A stretch of DNA of 63,218 nucleotides, filler included, from a bacterium (GCA_043817485.1; 6 parts of 6 records of this genome joined end to end with filler, not necessarily neighbours in it), one strand, 5' to 3'; positions 31,233-41,820 are shown, counted from the whole stretch's first letter. The notes: generated by a model from the sequence alone, not told the origin. Program-made: numbers and translations.

Positions 31233-31819
31233 ACTTTTTTCTCCATTTTATTTAAAATCGCCATAAAAAAAGCAATTGTAATAAATGCTCCTGGTGCAAG
31301 TTTCATTATAAGAGCTGGTTTAAAATTAAAACTTAAAATATTAATTCCTAAAAATGTTCCTCCACCTAAAATTTCTCTAACAGAAGCAATTAAAAATAAA
31401 ATAAGAGCAAATCCAAGTCCCATACCTAATCCATCTAATAAAGAATGAAAAACAGAATTTTTACAAGCAAAAGCTTCTGCTCTTCCTAAAATAATACAAT
31501 TAACAACAATTAAAGGAACAAAAATTCCTAAACTTTTATGAATTTCTGGAACATATGCTTTCATTAAATAATCTGCAGTTGTCACAAAAGTAGAAATAAT
31601 AATAATAAAAATTGGTATTCTTATTTGATCTGGAACAATTTTTCTAATAAAAGAAATTACTATATTAGAAGCAACAAGAACAAATAAAACTGCTACTGCC
31701 ATTCCTAAAGCATCTTTTACATTTGAAGAAACTGCTAGTACTGGACATAAACCTATCATTAATCGTAAAACTGCATTTTCTTTTAAAATCCCATTAGTAA
31801 AACAAGCAAGTGTTTTCAT
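31229..31819 (-). CDS. rnfE: Rnf complex subunit E
   Basis: GLCPVLAVS, PLIVVNCIILGRAEAFA; start ATG 31819. Confidence 0.93.
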   Translation of the reverse strand: MKTLACFTNGILKENAVLRLMIGLCPVLAVSSNVKDALGMAVAVLFVLVASNIVISFIRKIVPDQIRIPIFIIIISTFVTTADYLMKAYVPEIHKSLGIFVPLIVVNCIILGRAEAFACKNSVFHSLLDGLGMGLGFALILFLIASVREILGGGTFLGINILSFNFKPALIMKLAPGAFITIAFFMAILNKMEKKV

Positions 31820-31820
31820 T

Positions 31821-32363
31821 TTAATTTTCTCCAATACTTTTAAAAACTCTATCAGCATTATTTAATGCTTTCTTCAAACCATTTGTTACTGCTCTTGAAG
31901 ATATTGTAGCCCCACTTATAGCATCTATTTCTCCATTTGGATTATCTTTTTTTAAAATTATTTTGCTTACTTCTTTTCCTTTAAATTGATTTTTAAAAGA
32001 TCCTTTTTCTATTTCTGATCCTAAACCAGGAGTTTCTTTATGAGAAAGAATTTCAAATCCTTTTATTTTTCTATCTTTTCCAACACCTACTAACATTTTA
32101 ATAGACCCACCATAACCTTTAACATCAATTCCAACAACCATACCTACAATTTGTTCAATTTTATTATACCCTAAAAAAATTTCTTTTTCTATTTCTTTAA
32201 AACTATTTGCTTCTTTTAAAACTATTTGCTTTAAAATTTCTTGTTTTTGTATTTCATTATTTTTTATTTTATTTCGAGTAGTACTTTCTACCCAAGCAAG
32301 AGTACCAGCTGCCCAAATACATATTGTCATTAAAATAAACGCTAATTTAAAAATAAATTTCAT
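31821..32363 (-). CDS. rnfG: Rnf complex subunit G
   Basis: GYGGSI, HKETPGLG, DAISGATISS FMN motif. Confidence 0.92.
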   Translation of the reverse strand: MKFIFKLAFILMTICIWAAGTLAWVESTTRNKIKNNEIQKQEILKQIVLKEANSFKEIEKEIFLGYNKIEQIVGMVVGIDVKGYGGSIKMLVGVGKDRKIKGFEILSHKETPGLGSEIEKGSFKNQFKGKEVSKIILKKDNPNGEIDAISGATISSRAVTNGLKKALNNADRVFKSIGEN

Positions 32364-33280
32364 TTTTTTCTCCAACCAAATTTTTTAGATCTTGTCCCTT
32401 TATTAATTAAAGGAACCCAACAATTCATAAAAATAATAGAATAACAAACACCTTCTGGAAAACCTCCATAAAATCTAAACAATGAAGTAAGTATTCCACA
32501 ACTTATTCCAAAAATTATTTTACCTAAACCAGTAATCGGAGAAGTAACCATATCAGTAGCCATAAAAAATGCTCCTAAAAAAAGTCCACCACTTAAAATA
32601 TTAAATAAAGGATCTTTTCCTATTAAAGAAGAAAAAATAAAAACTGTACTAATATAAAAAAATGGAATTCTCCAATTTATAATTTTACGAATAAATAAAT
32701 ATATTGCTCCTAAAATTATTGCTAATTTTGAAGTTTCTCCTAAACATCCACCACAATATCCAATAAAAAGATCTCCATAACTTGGCAATGCTTGACTTAA
32801 GCCCTGTTTTATTATACCTAAAGGGGAAGCTGATGTAATAGCATCAATAGGAGTTTGCCATAAAGTCATACATATTGGCCAACTTGCTAAAAGAAAAGCT
32901 CTTGCTCCTAATGCTGGATTCATAAAATTATAACCTAATCCACCAAAAACTTGTTTAACTAAAAAAATAGCAATAATTCCTCCTATAATAGGAATCCAAA
33001 AAGGTACTTGTGGTGGCAAACAAAATGCTAATAAAATTCCAGTAACAACAGCACTTAAATCATTTATAGTAATTGGTTTCCCAAATAATTTTTGAGTAAT
33101 TATCTCAGTTAAAACACAAGAAACAACACATAAAACAATAATTATTAAAGAATACCATCCAAAAAAATAAGTAGCTGCAATTATTCCTGGAATAAGAGAT
33201 ATAATTACATCTCTCATTATACTATTTATTGTATCTTTACTTTTTATGTGAGGCGAAATAGAAACAATTAATTTTTCCAT
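32360..33280 (-). CDS. rnfD: Rnf complex subunit D
   Basis: SPHI, KQVFGGLGYNFMNPA, DAITSASPL, GETS, FMATDMVTSP. Confidence 0.93.
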   Translation of the reverse strand: MEKLIVSISPHIKSKDTINSIMRDVIISLIPGIIAATYFFGWYSLIIIVLCVVSCVLTEIITQKLFGKPITINDLSAVVTGILLAFCLPPQVPFWIPIIGGIIAIFLVKQVFGGLGYNFMNPALGARAFLLASWPICMTLWQTPIDAITSASPLGIIKQGLSQALPSYGDLFIGYCGGCLGETSKLAIILGAIYLFIRKIINWRIPFFYISTVFIFSSLIGKDPLFNILSGGLFLGAFFMATDMVTSPITGLGKIIFGISCGILTSLFRFYGGFPEGVCYSIIFMNCWVPLINKGTRSKKFGWRKK

Positions 33281-34602
33281 TATTTTTTTTTCCTTTGTTG
33301 TAATTCTAACTTTCCATATTTTACCCAATGAATTATTTTTCTATTAGATGGACAAATGTATGAACAACAACCACATTCAATACAATCTAAAATCCCATAT
33401 TCTTCAGCACTTTCAAAATTTTCTCTTTCTATATAATCACATATAAAACATGGAGATAACTTCATAGGACAAGCATTTATACATCTTCCACAACTTATAC
33501 AAGAAAATTCATCTTTTCCCTTTACTTCATTTTGTGGAAATACTAATATTCCAGAACAACCTTTAATTACTGGAACTTCATCAGTATATTGAGCTATTCC
33601 CATCATTGGTCCACCCATAATTATTTTTCCAAGATTTCCATTATAGCCACCACATTCTTCAATTACATCTTTAAATAAAGCACCAATAGAAACTTTTAAA
33701 TTTTGTGGTTTAATAATACCTTTCCCTGTAACTGTAATTACTCTTTCTATTAAGGGCTTTCCTTCCATTACTGCTTCCTTAATAGCAAAAGCAGTTCCTA
33801 CATTTTGAACAACTACACCTATATCAAATGGCAAACCACCAGATGGAACTTCACGATTTAAAATTGCTTTTATAAGTTGCTTTTCTGCACCCTGAGGATA
33901 TTTTACTTTTAATGGAATTACTTTAATTCCTTTTTCTTTAAAAATCACTTTATTCATTTCTCGAATAGCATCTTCTTTATTTTCTTCAATACCAATATAA
34001 GCAGTTTTTACATTTAATATTTTAAGAATTATTTTTAACCCAATAATAATTTCTTCTGGATGTTCTAACATTAATCTATGATCTGCTGTTAAATATGGTT
34101 CACATTCCACACCATTTAAAATTACTGTATCAATTGGTTTATCTTTTGGAGGTGTTAACTTTACATGCGTAGGAAAACTTGCTCCACCTAATCCTACAAT
34201 ACCAGCATTATGAATAATATTACATAATTCTGATGGACTAAGTTGATTGTAATTCAAATGCCCCAAAATTTTTTCATCCCAAATTTCATCATCTTCTTCA
34301 TCATCAGATTCTATGACGATAGAAAGAATATTTTTTCCTAAAGGATGCGGATAAGGTGCGATATCAATTACTTTACCAAAAATACTACTATGAACAGGTG
34401 ATGAAACAAAATCTTTTGTTTGTGCAATTAATTGACCTTTTTTTACTTCATCGCCTATTTTAACTATTGGTTCAGCTAAAGATCCTATATGCTGCGATAC
34501 AGGAAGTATTACTTTAGAAAAATCAGTTTTTATTTTAATTTTTTCTTTTGCTGTTATTTTATTGCAAGAAGGATGTATCCCTCCTTCAAAATTTTTTCCC
34601 AT
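33280..34602 (-). CDS. rnfC: Rnf complex subunit C
   Basis: GGIHP, GLGGASFPTHVK, ECEPYLTAD, YPQGAEK, CISCGRC, CIECGCC. Confidence 0.94.
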   Translation of the reverse strand: MGKNFEGGIHPSCNKITAKEKIKIKTDFSKVILPVSQHIGSLAEPIVKIGDEVKKGQLIAQTKDFVSSPVHSSIFGKVIDIAPYPHPLGKNILSIVIESDDEEDDEIWDEKILGHLNYNQLSPSELCNIIHNAGIVGLGGASFPTHVKLTPPKDKPIDTVILNGVECEPYLTADHRLMLEHPEEIIIGLKIILKILNVKTAYIGIEENKEDAIREMNKVIFKEKGIKVIPLKVKYPQGAEKQLIKAILNREVPSGGLPFDIGVVVQNVGTAFAIKEAVMEGKPLIERVITVTGKGIIKPQNLKVSIGALFKDVIEECGGYNGNLGKIIMGGPMMGIAQYTDEVPVIKGCSGILVFPQNEVKGKDEFSCISCGRCINACPMKLSPCFICDYIERENFESAEEYGILDCIECGCCSYICPSNRKIIHWVKYGKLELQQRKKK

Positions 34603-34656
34603 TACCAATCCTTTATGTTATTATGCCAATTTATTTTTTAGCACAATTTTTTATAG

Positions 34657-34729
34657 TAGCGCTGCGGGAAATTGAACCCCGGTTTGATGGTTGAGAACCA
34701 ACCGTACTGGTCCACTATACGACAGCGCC
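34657..34729 (-). tRNA. tRNA-Glu(CTC)
   Basis: GGCGCTG/CAGCGCT acceptor stem, anticodon loop TT-CTC-AA, GGTTCAATT T-loop. Confidence 0.85.
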
Positions 34730-35019
34730 ATTTTGTAATTTTTTTCGAACCGAAAGACAAGCCACCTATCAATACAATACTATAATAATATCACCCCTTT
34801 CGGGGTTAAAATTGCTTATTCTATTGTATTTTGCTACAATAATGTTACCCCTTCGGGGTTAAAATTATTGGCAGAAACATTTATTTTAAATTGAAATTTG
34901 TTTCGGATTGTCGATATTCGTATTTCGAATTTTCTTTTATTTCAACATCAACATTTTTTTACAATTTTGTGTTTTGTTATTTACAATTGTTTCATAAAAA
35001 TACATTTCAAAAATTATTT

Positions 35020-36630
35020 CTATATATTTAAAACACCTATTCCCTCAATTGGAATACAATCTTCTATTCCTAAAGATAATTTATTAGGTTTATAATATTT
35101 ATTATTTATTTCAGCAATAAGATTAGAAACAACTTCTTTTTTTACAAAAATTATTATACAATTATTTAATTCTGCATCTGCTAAACGAGCTCCTAAAACT
35201 CCTTTTACTGAACAAGATATATCTACTATTTCATCTACTTCTTTACAACTTACTTCATATCCACCTGATTGGTTATATAAACGATTATTTTCTTTTTTTT
35301 GAACATCGTTATCTTGTAGACATTTTATTATTTTATCTAATTTTCTATTAGTAATTCTTTTATTTTTTAAAACTCTATCTCCTTCATGAGAAATATTTAT
35401 AATTTTTCCTAATTTTTCAAATTGTTTTTTTTCTAAACACTCAGCAAATATTTTACTTCTTTCACATTCAGAAACTCCATAAAGCATAATTTGACGCACT
35501 TTATAACCATATTTTTTAGGATTATTATGTGTTTTGAATAATTCTTCTAATTGATTTTTTTGATCAGAAATTTTGTTTTGTAAAGTTTCTCTCGTAATTA
35601 TTTCTGGAATAGCATAAAGCATTTTATAAATTGAAATTTCATCATTATTTAAAAAGGCTGGATTTATATCTTTTAAATATTTACATTTATTGGCTATTTC
35701 TGGAAAATATTTTTTTATTAACATAAGACCAATTTTATAAGTAGCTTTTTTTTGACTTAAAACATCTTTTGCAATTTCTGATTTTTTAGACTGTTTAAAA
35801 CTATTACAAACAATAATTTTATAATTATTTTCAAAAGGTATTTTTTTTATTTTTAAAGGATTAAAATCTATATGTAAAACATGATTTAGTTTTCCAAATA
35901 TAATAGTAGCATAATGTCCTGTTCTTTTTTGAGTACCAAAATACCATTCTGCTTCTTCACATACTTCTAATAATTTTTCATTAGAAATACTTAAATTATT
36001 TATTTTACTTATAGTAAAAGCACTTGCAACTAATAAACTTGAAAAAAAATTTATACCAATAGTAAAAGGGGAAATATCTCTTTCTATTACTACATTCATT
36101 CCTTTAAATTTTTTATCTTTATTTTTATTTTGAAAACAAAGAATTGGTGCTTTTATATAATCTATTTCTTCTATTTCATTTATTATTTCTTTATTTTCTA
36201 TTTTTTTTTCTAATCTTTTTAATGCCCATTCTTTCCATTTTTCTATTTTTTTTAAGGGTAATTCTTTTGTAATATCAAATTGGCTTATATTTTGTTTTTT
36301 TGATGTATCACAAACTACTACTTTACTATCTTCTCTTGGTTCTACTACCATTATTATTTCTTTAGTAGCAATTGAATTTATACTTCCACCTTCTTGTTCA
36401 ATATGCATACCCATTAAATTGAGACGACAAGGTGTTCTAACAATCATTACTTTTCTATCATATCCATACATTTTTCCAAAAAATTTTAAAGCTTTTTTGT
36501 ATCGTTTAATATTTTCTTTAATAACAGCAATATCATTTCCATAAATTTTTTTAAAAGATTCTATTATTTTTTTATTTGAAGAAAAATTATCTAATATTTC
36601 TATAAAAACACTTACTTTTTTCATATACAT
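35020..36630 (-). CDS. galactokinase/GHMP-like protein with degenerate catalytic motifs
   Basis: RTPCRLNLMGMH, EAEWYFGT, YGVSECERS, ISHEGDR, GGYEVSC, VKGVLGARL. Confidence 0.7.
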   Translation of the reverse strand: MYMKKVSVFIEILDNFSSNKKIIESFKKIYGNDIAVIKENIKRYKKALKFFGKMYGYDRKVMIVRTPCRLNLMGMHIEQEGGSINSIATKEIIMVVEPREDSKVVVCDTSKKQNISQFDITKELPLKKIEKWKEWALKRLEKKIENKEIINEIEEIDYIKAPILCFQNKNKDKKFKGMNVVIERDISPFTIGINFFSSLLVASAFTISKINNLSISNEKLLEVCEEAEWYFGTQKRTGHYATIIFGKLNHVLHIDFNPLKIKKIPFENNYKIIVCNSFKQSKKSEIAKDVLSQKKATYKIGLMLIKKYFPEIANKCKYLKDINPAFLNNDEISIYKMLYAIPEIITRETLQNKISDQKNQLEELFKTHNNPKKYGYKVRQIMLYGVSECERSKIFAECLEKKQFEKLGKIINISHEGDRVLKNKRITNRKLDKIIKCLQDNDVQKKENNRLYNQSGGYEVSCKEVDEIVDISCSVKGVLGARLADAELNNCIIIFVKKEVVSNLIAEINNKYYKPNKLSLGIEDCIPIEGIGVLNI

Positions 36631-36633
36631 TTT

Positions 36634-37134
36634 TTATTTCCTTTTTTGTTCTAAAACATTTTTTATTTCTTCAAATAAATATTTTTCTACTTGCCCATCA
36701 CTTTTAATTTTTTTCCATACAGGATTTTTCATTTGAGGAGAATCCATCAATTCTTCTATTTCTGCCATAATAATTATTTGTGTTTCTAATAAAGAAGCTT
36801 TTTTAATTTTAATAATTGTTAATGCTTTTTTTGTTACTTTTTTATCATCTTTACAAAGAGAACCATCTTTTTCTAAAGGTAAAGTAATAATAGATGTATA
36901 AGTTTCTGGTGATTCTTTCTGAAAAATTTTAAATTTTGCATTTAAAGCCCAATTTTTATGTAGTGTCAATAAATCTAAAAAACCTTCCCAAACTTCTTTA
37001 GTTTTATAATTACAAATATTTACAGTAGGAATAGATTCAAGAGAAGCACAATTAATAAATAAAAAAGAAAAAAATATTAAAAATAATATAAAAAAAAGAG
37101 CTTTTTTATTATTTTTTTGAAAAATTTTTCTCAT
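36634..37134 (-). CDS. hypothetical lipoprotein
   Basis: hydrophobic leader ending FINC. Confidence 0.6.
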   Translation of the reverse strand: MRKIFQKNNKKALFFILFLIFFSFLFINCASLESIPTVNICNYKTKEVWEGFLDLLTLHKNWALNAKFKIFQKESPETYTSIITLPLEKDGSLCKDDKKVTKKALTIIKIKKASLLETQIIIMAEIEELMDSPQMKNPVWKKIKSDGQVEKYLFEEIKNVLEQKRK

Positions 37135-37836
37135 TTACACTTTTCTTTCTACTATTATTTGAGTTTGTCTTAATTTTACAATAGAATTGGGCTTACAATA
37201 ACCACGCCAAGAAATACCAGTATATACAATAGTATTAGGTCCTATAATAGTACCTGGATTAAGTACAGCATTACAACCAATATCACAACCATCTCCAATA
37301 ATAGCACCAAATTTTATTAAACCAGTATTATATTTTTGTCCTTCTATGTCTACAATTATTGGATCACTAATTAATTTTACATTAGAAATTTTAACTCCAG
37401 CACCTAAATGAGCACGAAATCCTAAAACACTATCTCCAACATAAGCAAAATGAGGAACATTTGCTTCATTAAACAAAATACTATTTTTGATTTCACAACT
37501 ATTACCTAAAATCGCTCCATCTCCAAGAATAACATTTTCTCTAATATACGCTCCATTTCTTATCTCGCATCCTTTGCCAATAATAGCAGGACCTTTTATC
37601 ATTGCTCCATGTTCAACAATTGTTTCTTCATCTATAAAAACATTTTCTCCAATATAAGGATTGCCTATTAATTTTCCTTTATTGGCTGGGGTAAGATGAG
37701 ATTTGATATATCCTTCAATCTTAGGTAAAACTTCCCAAACATATTGAATATTTTTAAAAAGTTCTAAACAAGGACATTTAGAAAGATCAAAAAAATTTTC
37801 TGGCTTTAACAATTTTTTAAACTCCTTATAATCCAT
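37135..37836 (-). CDS. left-handed beta-helix acyltransferase, GlmU C-terminal-like
   Basis: hexapeptide repeats, HFAYVGDSVLG, KFGAIIGD, GCNAVLNPG. Confidence 0.85.
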   Translation of the reverse strand: MDYKEFKKLLKPENFFDLSKCPCLELFKNIQYVWEVLPKIEGYIKSHLTPANKGKLIGNPYIGENVFIDEETIVEHGAMIKGPAIIGKGCEIRNGAYIRENVILGDGAILGNSCEIKNSILFNEANVPHFAYVGDSVLGFRAHLGAGVKISNVKLISDPIIVDIEGQKYNTGLIKFGAIIGDGCDIGCNAVLNPGTIIGPNTIVYTGISWRGYCKPNSIVKLRQTQIIVERKV

Positions 37837-38002
37837 ATTTTGAAAATTAAAAGTTTTTTATTTATTTTTTTCTCTTTTGTCAAGAAATTCTCAATAATTT
37901 TAAAAAAACTTCAATTTTAAAAATTCTAATTTATTTTATAATATTTGACAATTTTTTTAAACTCATTATTAATGATATTTTAAAACAAAAAAATGGAAAA
38001 AA

Positions 38003-38794
38003 ATGGAAAATTTTAAAATATTATTTTTAGGACTTATTCAGGGTTTAACAGAATTTTTACCTGTTAGTAGTTCTGCTCATCTTGTTTTTGTGCAAGACTT
38101 GTTAAATATTTCAGAAAAAGGTATTATATTAGAAGTATTTGTTCATTTTGGAACTCTTTTAAGCATAATAATTGTTTTTTTTCCAGATTTAAAAAATATT
38201 TTTTTATCTTGCATTAAAAAAGAAAAATATGGTTTATCTATGTTGTTTTTCATTTTAATTGGATCTATTCCTGCTGGATTAATAGGTATATTGTTTTCTG
38301 ATTTTTTAGAAAAAATTTTCAATAGCACTTTATGCACATCTTTATTATTAATAATTACGGGTTTTATTCTTTTTTTAACTAAATTTTTAAAAAATAATGC
38401 TAATAATGCTAATATAACTTGGAAAAATGCTCTTATTATTGGTGTTTCTCAAGCAATTGCTATTTTGCCAGGTATTTCAAGATCTGGAATAACAATTAGT
38501 ACTGGACTTTTTTGTAAGTTAAAAAAAGAACTTGCTTATAAATTTTCTTTTCTTTTATCTATTCCAGCAATTTTAGGAGCTACTTTTTTAAAACTACCTG
38601 ATATTTTTACCGATAAAATTAGTGATTTTAAAATACTTCCTATTTTAGGAGCTACTTTTATATCTTTTATTGTTGGATATTTTAGCTTACGATATTTATT
38701 GCATTTAGTAAAAAATTCAAAATTATACTATTTTAGTTATTATTGTTGGATAATAAGCATTTTTATGTTATTAAAAGAATTTATCAAATTTTAA
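38003..38794 (+). CDS. uppP: undecaprenyl-diphosphatase
   Basis: QGLTEFLPVSSSAH, PGISRSG, FSFLLSIPA. Confidence 0.95.
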   Translation: MENFKILFLGLIQGLTEFLPVSSSAHLVFVQDLLNISEKGIILEVFVHFGTLLSIIIVFFPDLKNIFLSCIKKEKYGLSMLFFILIGSIPAGLIGILFSDFLEKIFNSTLCTSLLLIITGFILFLTKFLKNNANNANITWKNALIIGVSQAIAILPGISRSGITISTGLFCKLKKELAYKFSFLLSIPAILGATFLKLPDIFTDKISDFKILPILGATFISFIVGYFSLRYLLHLVKNSKLYYFSYYCWIISIFMLLKEFIKF

Positions 38795-38800
38795 TAAATA

Positions 38801-39370
38801 TTGTTGAAGGAAATAATGGAACATATATTACATTTTTTACAACCTATTCCAAATGAAATAAAAACTTTAATGATTGCTACTTTGCCACTTGGAGAATTAA
38901 GAATTTCTATTCCTTTAGCTTTATTAAAATTTAAACTTCCTATTTGGGAAGCTTTTTTTCTTTCTATTATAGGAAATATGTTACCAGTTATTCCTATTTT
39001 ATTATTTTTAGAAAAAATATCTTTATTTCTTAAAAAATATAAATTTTTTGACAGACTTTTAAATTGGTTTTTTGATCATACAAGAAAAAAAAGTGATTTA
39101 ATAGAAAAATATAAAACTATTGGACTAATGCTTTTTGTGGCTATTCCTTTACCAGCAACAGGTGCTTGGACTGGCGCTGTAGTTGCTTTTTTATTTGGAA
39201 TTAAATTTTGGCATGCTTTTTTTGCTATTTTATTTGGAGTAATTATTGCTGGTATTATCGTTACTATTTTAACTAAATTAGGTTTTATTGGTGGAATAAT
39301 TATAGCAATTGTTTTAATGACTTTAGTTGGAATTAGCTTTTGGAATTTTTTTAAAATAAATAAAAATTAG
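38801..39370 (+). CDS. small multidrug export-family (COG2426-like) membrane protein
   Basis: LPLGELRISIP, FVAIPLPATGAWTG. Confidence 0.85.
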   Translation: MLKEIMEHILHFLQPIPNEIKTLMIATLPLGELRISIPLALLKFKLPIWEAFFLSIIGNMLPVIPILLFLEKISLFLKKYKFFDRLLNWFFDHTRKKSDLIEKYKTIGLMLFVAIPLPATGAWTGAVVAFLFGIKFWHAFFAILFGVIIAGIIVTILTKLGFIGGIIIAIVLMTLVGISFWNFFKINKN

Positions 39371-40014
39371 CGATTTTTAGATAAAAAAGATAAAATTTCA
39401 TAAGCAATTACTCTGTGTCCTAAAATATTAGGATGAACACCATCTTCTATGAAAAGTTTTGATTTATTTTTATATTTTTCAAAACTTGCAAAAATATCTA
39501 TCATTTCTAATTTTTCTTTTTTAGCAATTTCTTTTACTGTTTGAGCATATTCATCTATTATTTTTTCCCACACAAAATGTTTTACAAGACTTCCAATCAC
39601 TATTGTTGGAGTCATTAAAATTATTTTTGCATTTGTTTCTTTTTTTATAAGATTACAAATAATAGTTAAATTTTGACAATAATATTTTAAAGAAACTAAT
39701 TGAACTTGTTCACTAAAACGAATACAACTATCATTTACTCCTAACATTAGAAAAACTTTATTTGGATTTTTAGAAATTACATCGTTTTCTATTCGCTTAA
39801 GAGCATGAACTGTGGTATCTCCACTAACACCAGCATTTATAATTTTTATTTTATTAAGATGAGATATTTCAAAAAACAACTGCTTTATAATATTTACAAA
39901 ACCACAAGAATCTGCAGTAATAGAATCTCCAAAAAAAATTAAATTATTTTCTGACAATAAATTAATTTTTTGAGATATTTTTTTAAGGTTATTTAATGTA
40001 TATATTTTTTCCAT
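39367..40014 (-). CDS. SGNH/GDSL hydrolase
   Basis: FGDSIT, NAGVSGDT, GVND, DGVHP. Confidence 0.9.
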   Translation of the reverse strand: MEKIYTLNNLKKISQKINLLSENNLIFFGDSITADSCGFVNIIKQLFFEISHLNKIKIINAGVSGDTTVHALKRIENDVISKNPNKVFLMLGVNDSCIRFSEQVQLVSLKYYCQNLTIICNLIKKETNAKIILMTPTIVIGSLVKHFVWEKIIDEYAQTVKEIAKKEKLEMIDIFASFEKYKNKSKLFIEDGVHPNILGHRVIAYEILSFLSKNR

Positions 40015-40169
40015 TTTTTAAAAATCTCCTTTTTTTACGAAAAAATAAAATAATGGTATCTAATTTATTTTTTATTTCCAAAAAGTAAATAAATAGCAAA
40101 AACCAAAACATCTAAAAACAATAGTCAAATTCTTGTAAATTAATAATTAAAAATAAAAACTTTTAAAAT

Positions 40170-41102
40170 TTATGTAGTAAAAAATTGTTCCATACTAAAA
40201 TATCTTTCTCCTGTATCAGGAAAAATAACAACTACAAGTTTTCCTTTTCCTAAATCTTTAGCTATTTTAAGTGCAGCAAAAGCAGATGCTCCAGCAGAAA
40301 AACCAACTAATAAGCCCTCTTCTTTAGCTAAACGCTTACTAGTACAAAATGCTTGATTATCTTCTACTGTAATTATTTCATCAATTATTTTTTTATTAAG
40401 AACTTTAGGAATAAATCCTGCACCTATTCCTTGAATTTTATGAGAACCGGGTTTTTTACCTGAAAGCACTGCTGAATTAGATGGTTCAACGGCTATTATT
40501 TTTATTTGAGGATTTTTTTTCTTAAGAATTTCTCCTACTCCAGTAATTGTTCCACCTGTTCCTATTCCCGATACAAAAGCATCTAATTTACCATCAGTAG
40601 CTAATAATATTTCTTGTGCTGTAGTTTTTCGATGTATTTCTGGATTAGCAGGATTATCAAACTGTTGTGGCATAAAAGCATTTTTTGTTTTTTTTACAAT
40701 CTTTTCAGCTTCTTTTATTGCTCCAGTCATACCTTCAATAGCCGGAGTTAAAATTACCTCTGCTCCATAAGATTTCAATAAAAGTATTCTTTCTAAACTC
40801 ATGGATTCTGGCATAGTTAAAATACATTTATATCCTTTTACTGCAGATATCATTGCTAATCCTATCCCAGTATTTCCTGAAGTTGGTTCAACAATTATAG
40901 AATTAGCTTTTAATTTTCCTTTTTTCTCTGCATCTTCAATCATAGAAAGACAAATTCTATCTTTTACACTTCCTCCAGGATTAAAAAATTCTAATTTAGC
41001 ATAAATTTCTGCAAAATCTTTTTCAACAATTTTTTTTAATTTTACCATTGGTGTAGAACCAATTAATTCTAAAACATTTTCTGCTACCAATTTAGTAAAC
41101 AT
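40170..41102 (-). CDS. cysK: cysteine synthase A
   Basis: NPGGSVKDR, PTSGNTG, GIGTGGT, PDTGERY. Confidence 0.95.
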   Translation of the reverse strand: MFTKLVAENVLELIGSTPMVKLKKIVEKDFAEIYAKLEFFNPGGSVKDRICLSMIEDAEKKGKLKANSIIVEPTSGNTGIGLAMISAVKGYKCILTMPESMSLERILLLKSYGAEVILTPAIEGMTGAIKEAEKIVKKTKNAFMPQQFDNPANPEIHRKTTAQEILLATDGKLDAFVSGIGTGGTITGVGEILKKKNPQIKIIAVEPSNSAVLSGKKPGSHKIQGIGAGFIPKVLNKKIIDEIITVEDNQAFCTSKRLAKEEGLLVGFSAGASAFAALKIAKDLGKGKLVVVIFPDTGERYFSMEQFFTT

Positions 41103-41379
41103 TATTTTCCCTTCAATAAAAAATATTATTTTTATTGCTAATTATTTTTTTCAAAATATAAAATTAAAATATTCATATAATACTATTCTGTGTCAAGATA
41201 AAATTAAAAAAGTTTGTAAAAAAAAATACATGGGATACAGATATTAATGAATTAAAGTTTATGAAAGAAATTTTAGTTAAACAAATAAAAAAAATAGTAA
41301 GAATAAAAATAAATAAAATCAAAATATTATGTTTCTCTTCAAAAAAAGAGAAACATGGGACTTTCTGAGGAAACTGGAA

Positions 41380-41419
41380 GTAGGGGCAATTCATAAATTG
41401 CTCTCTACACGACCCCTAC
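41380..41419. repeat. GTAG...CTAC REP-like palindrome
   Basis: GTAGGGGCAATTCATAAATTGCTCTCTAC; half-copies CATGAATTGCCC follow both MITE-like copies. Confidence 0.65.
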
Positions 41420-41702
41420 AATCTCCAATTATTTTGGATAATTTTCTTAATAATTTAATAAATGGTAATTACCATGTAAAATCATCAACCAACATCATAT
41501 TTTTTATTCTTGACAAGAGATGAAAAATATGATTAAAAAAATAACATTATTAATAAAAATTATTAAGAGATAAAGGAGTANNNNNNNNNNNNNNNNNNNN
41601 NNNNNNNNNNNNNNNNNNNNNNNNTTAATTAATTAANNNNNNNNNNNNNNNNNNNNNNNNNNNNNNNNNNNNNNNNNNNNTATTTTTAAAATGATCATCT
41701 AT

Positions 41703-41820
41703 GAGACTGTGTCATAACTCTAAATCTAGACATCCATACCACAACATATTGTGGTTTTGTGGAAACCTACCACTTTATGTTGTAAAACAATTGCCGTGAA
41801 ATTGAATTATGACACAGTCT
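41703..41820. mobile_element. MITE-like element, copy 2 (NrdR-box-like pair at 41739-41785)
   Basis: same sequence as 29510-29628 apart from a 2-bp difference at the right end. Confidence 0.8.

Noticed and set aside
41329-41356. Perfect 11-bp inverted repeat ATGTTTCTCTT/AAGAGAAACAT upstream of cysK
   Set aside because: Single AT-rich occurrence with no assignable function
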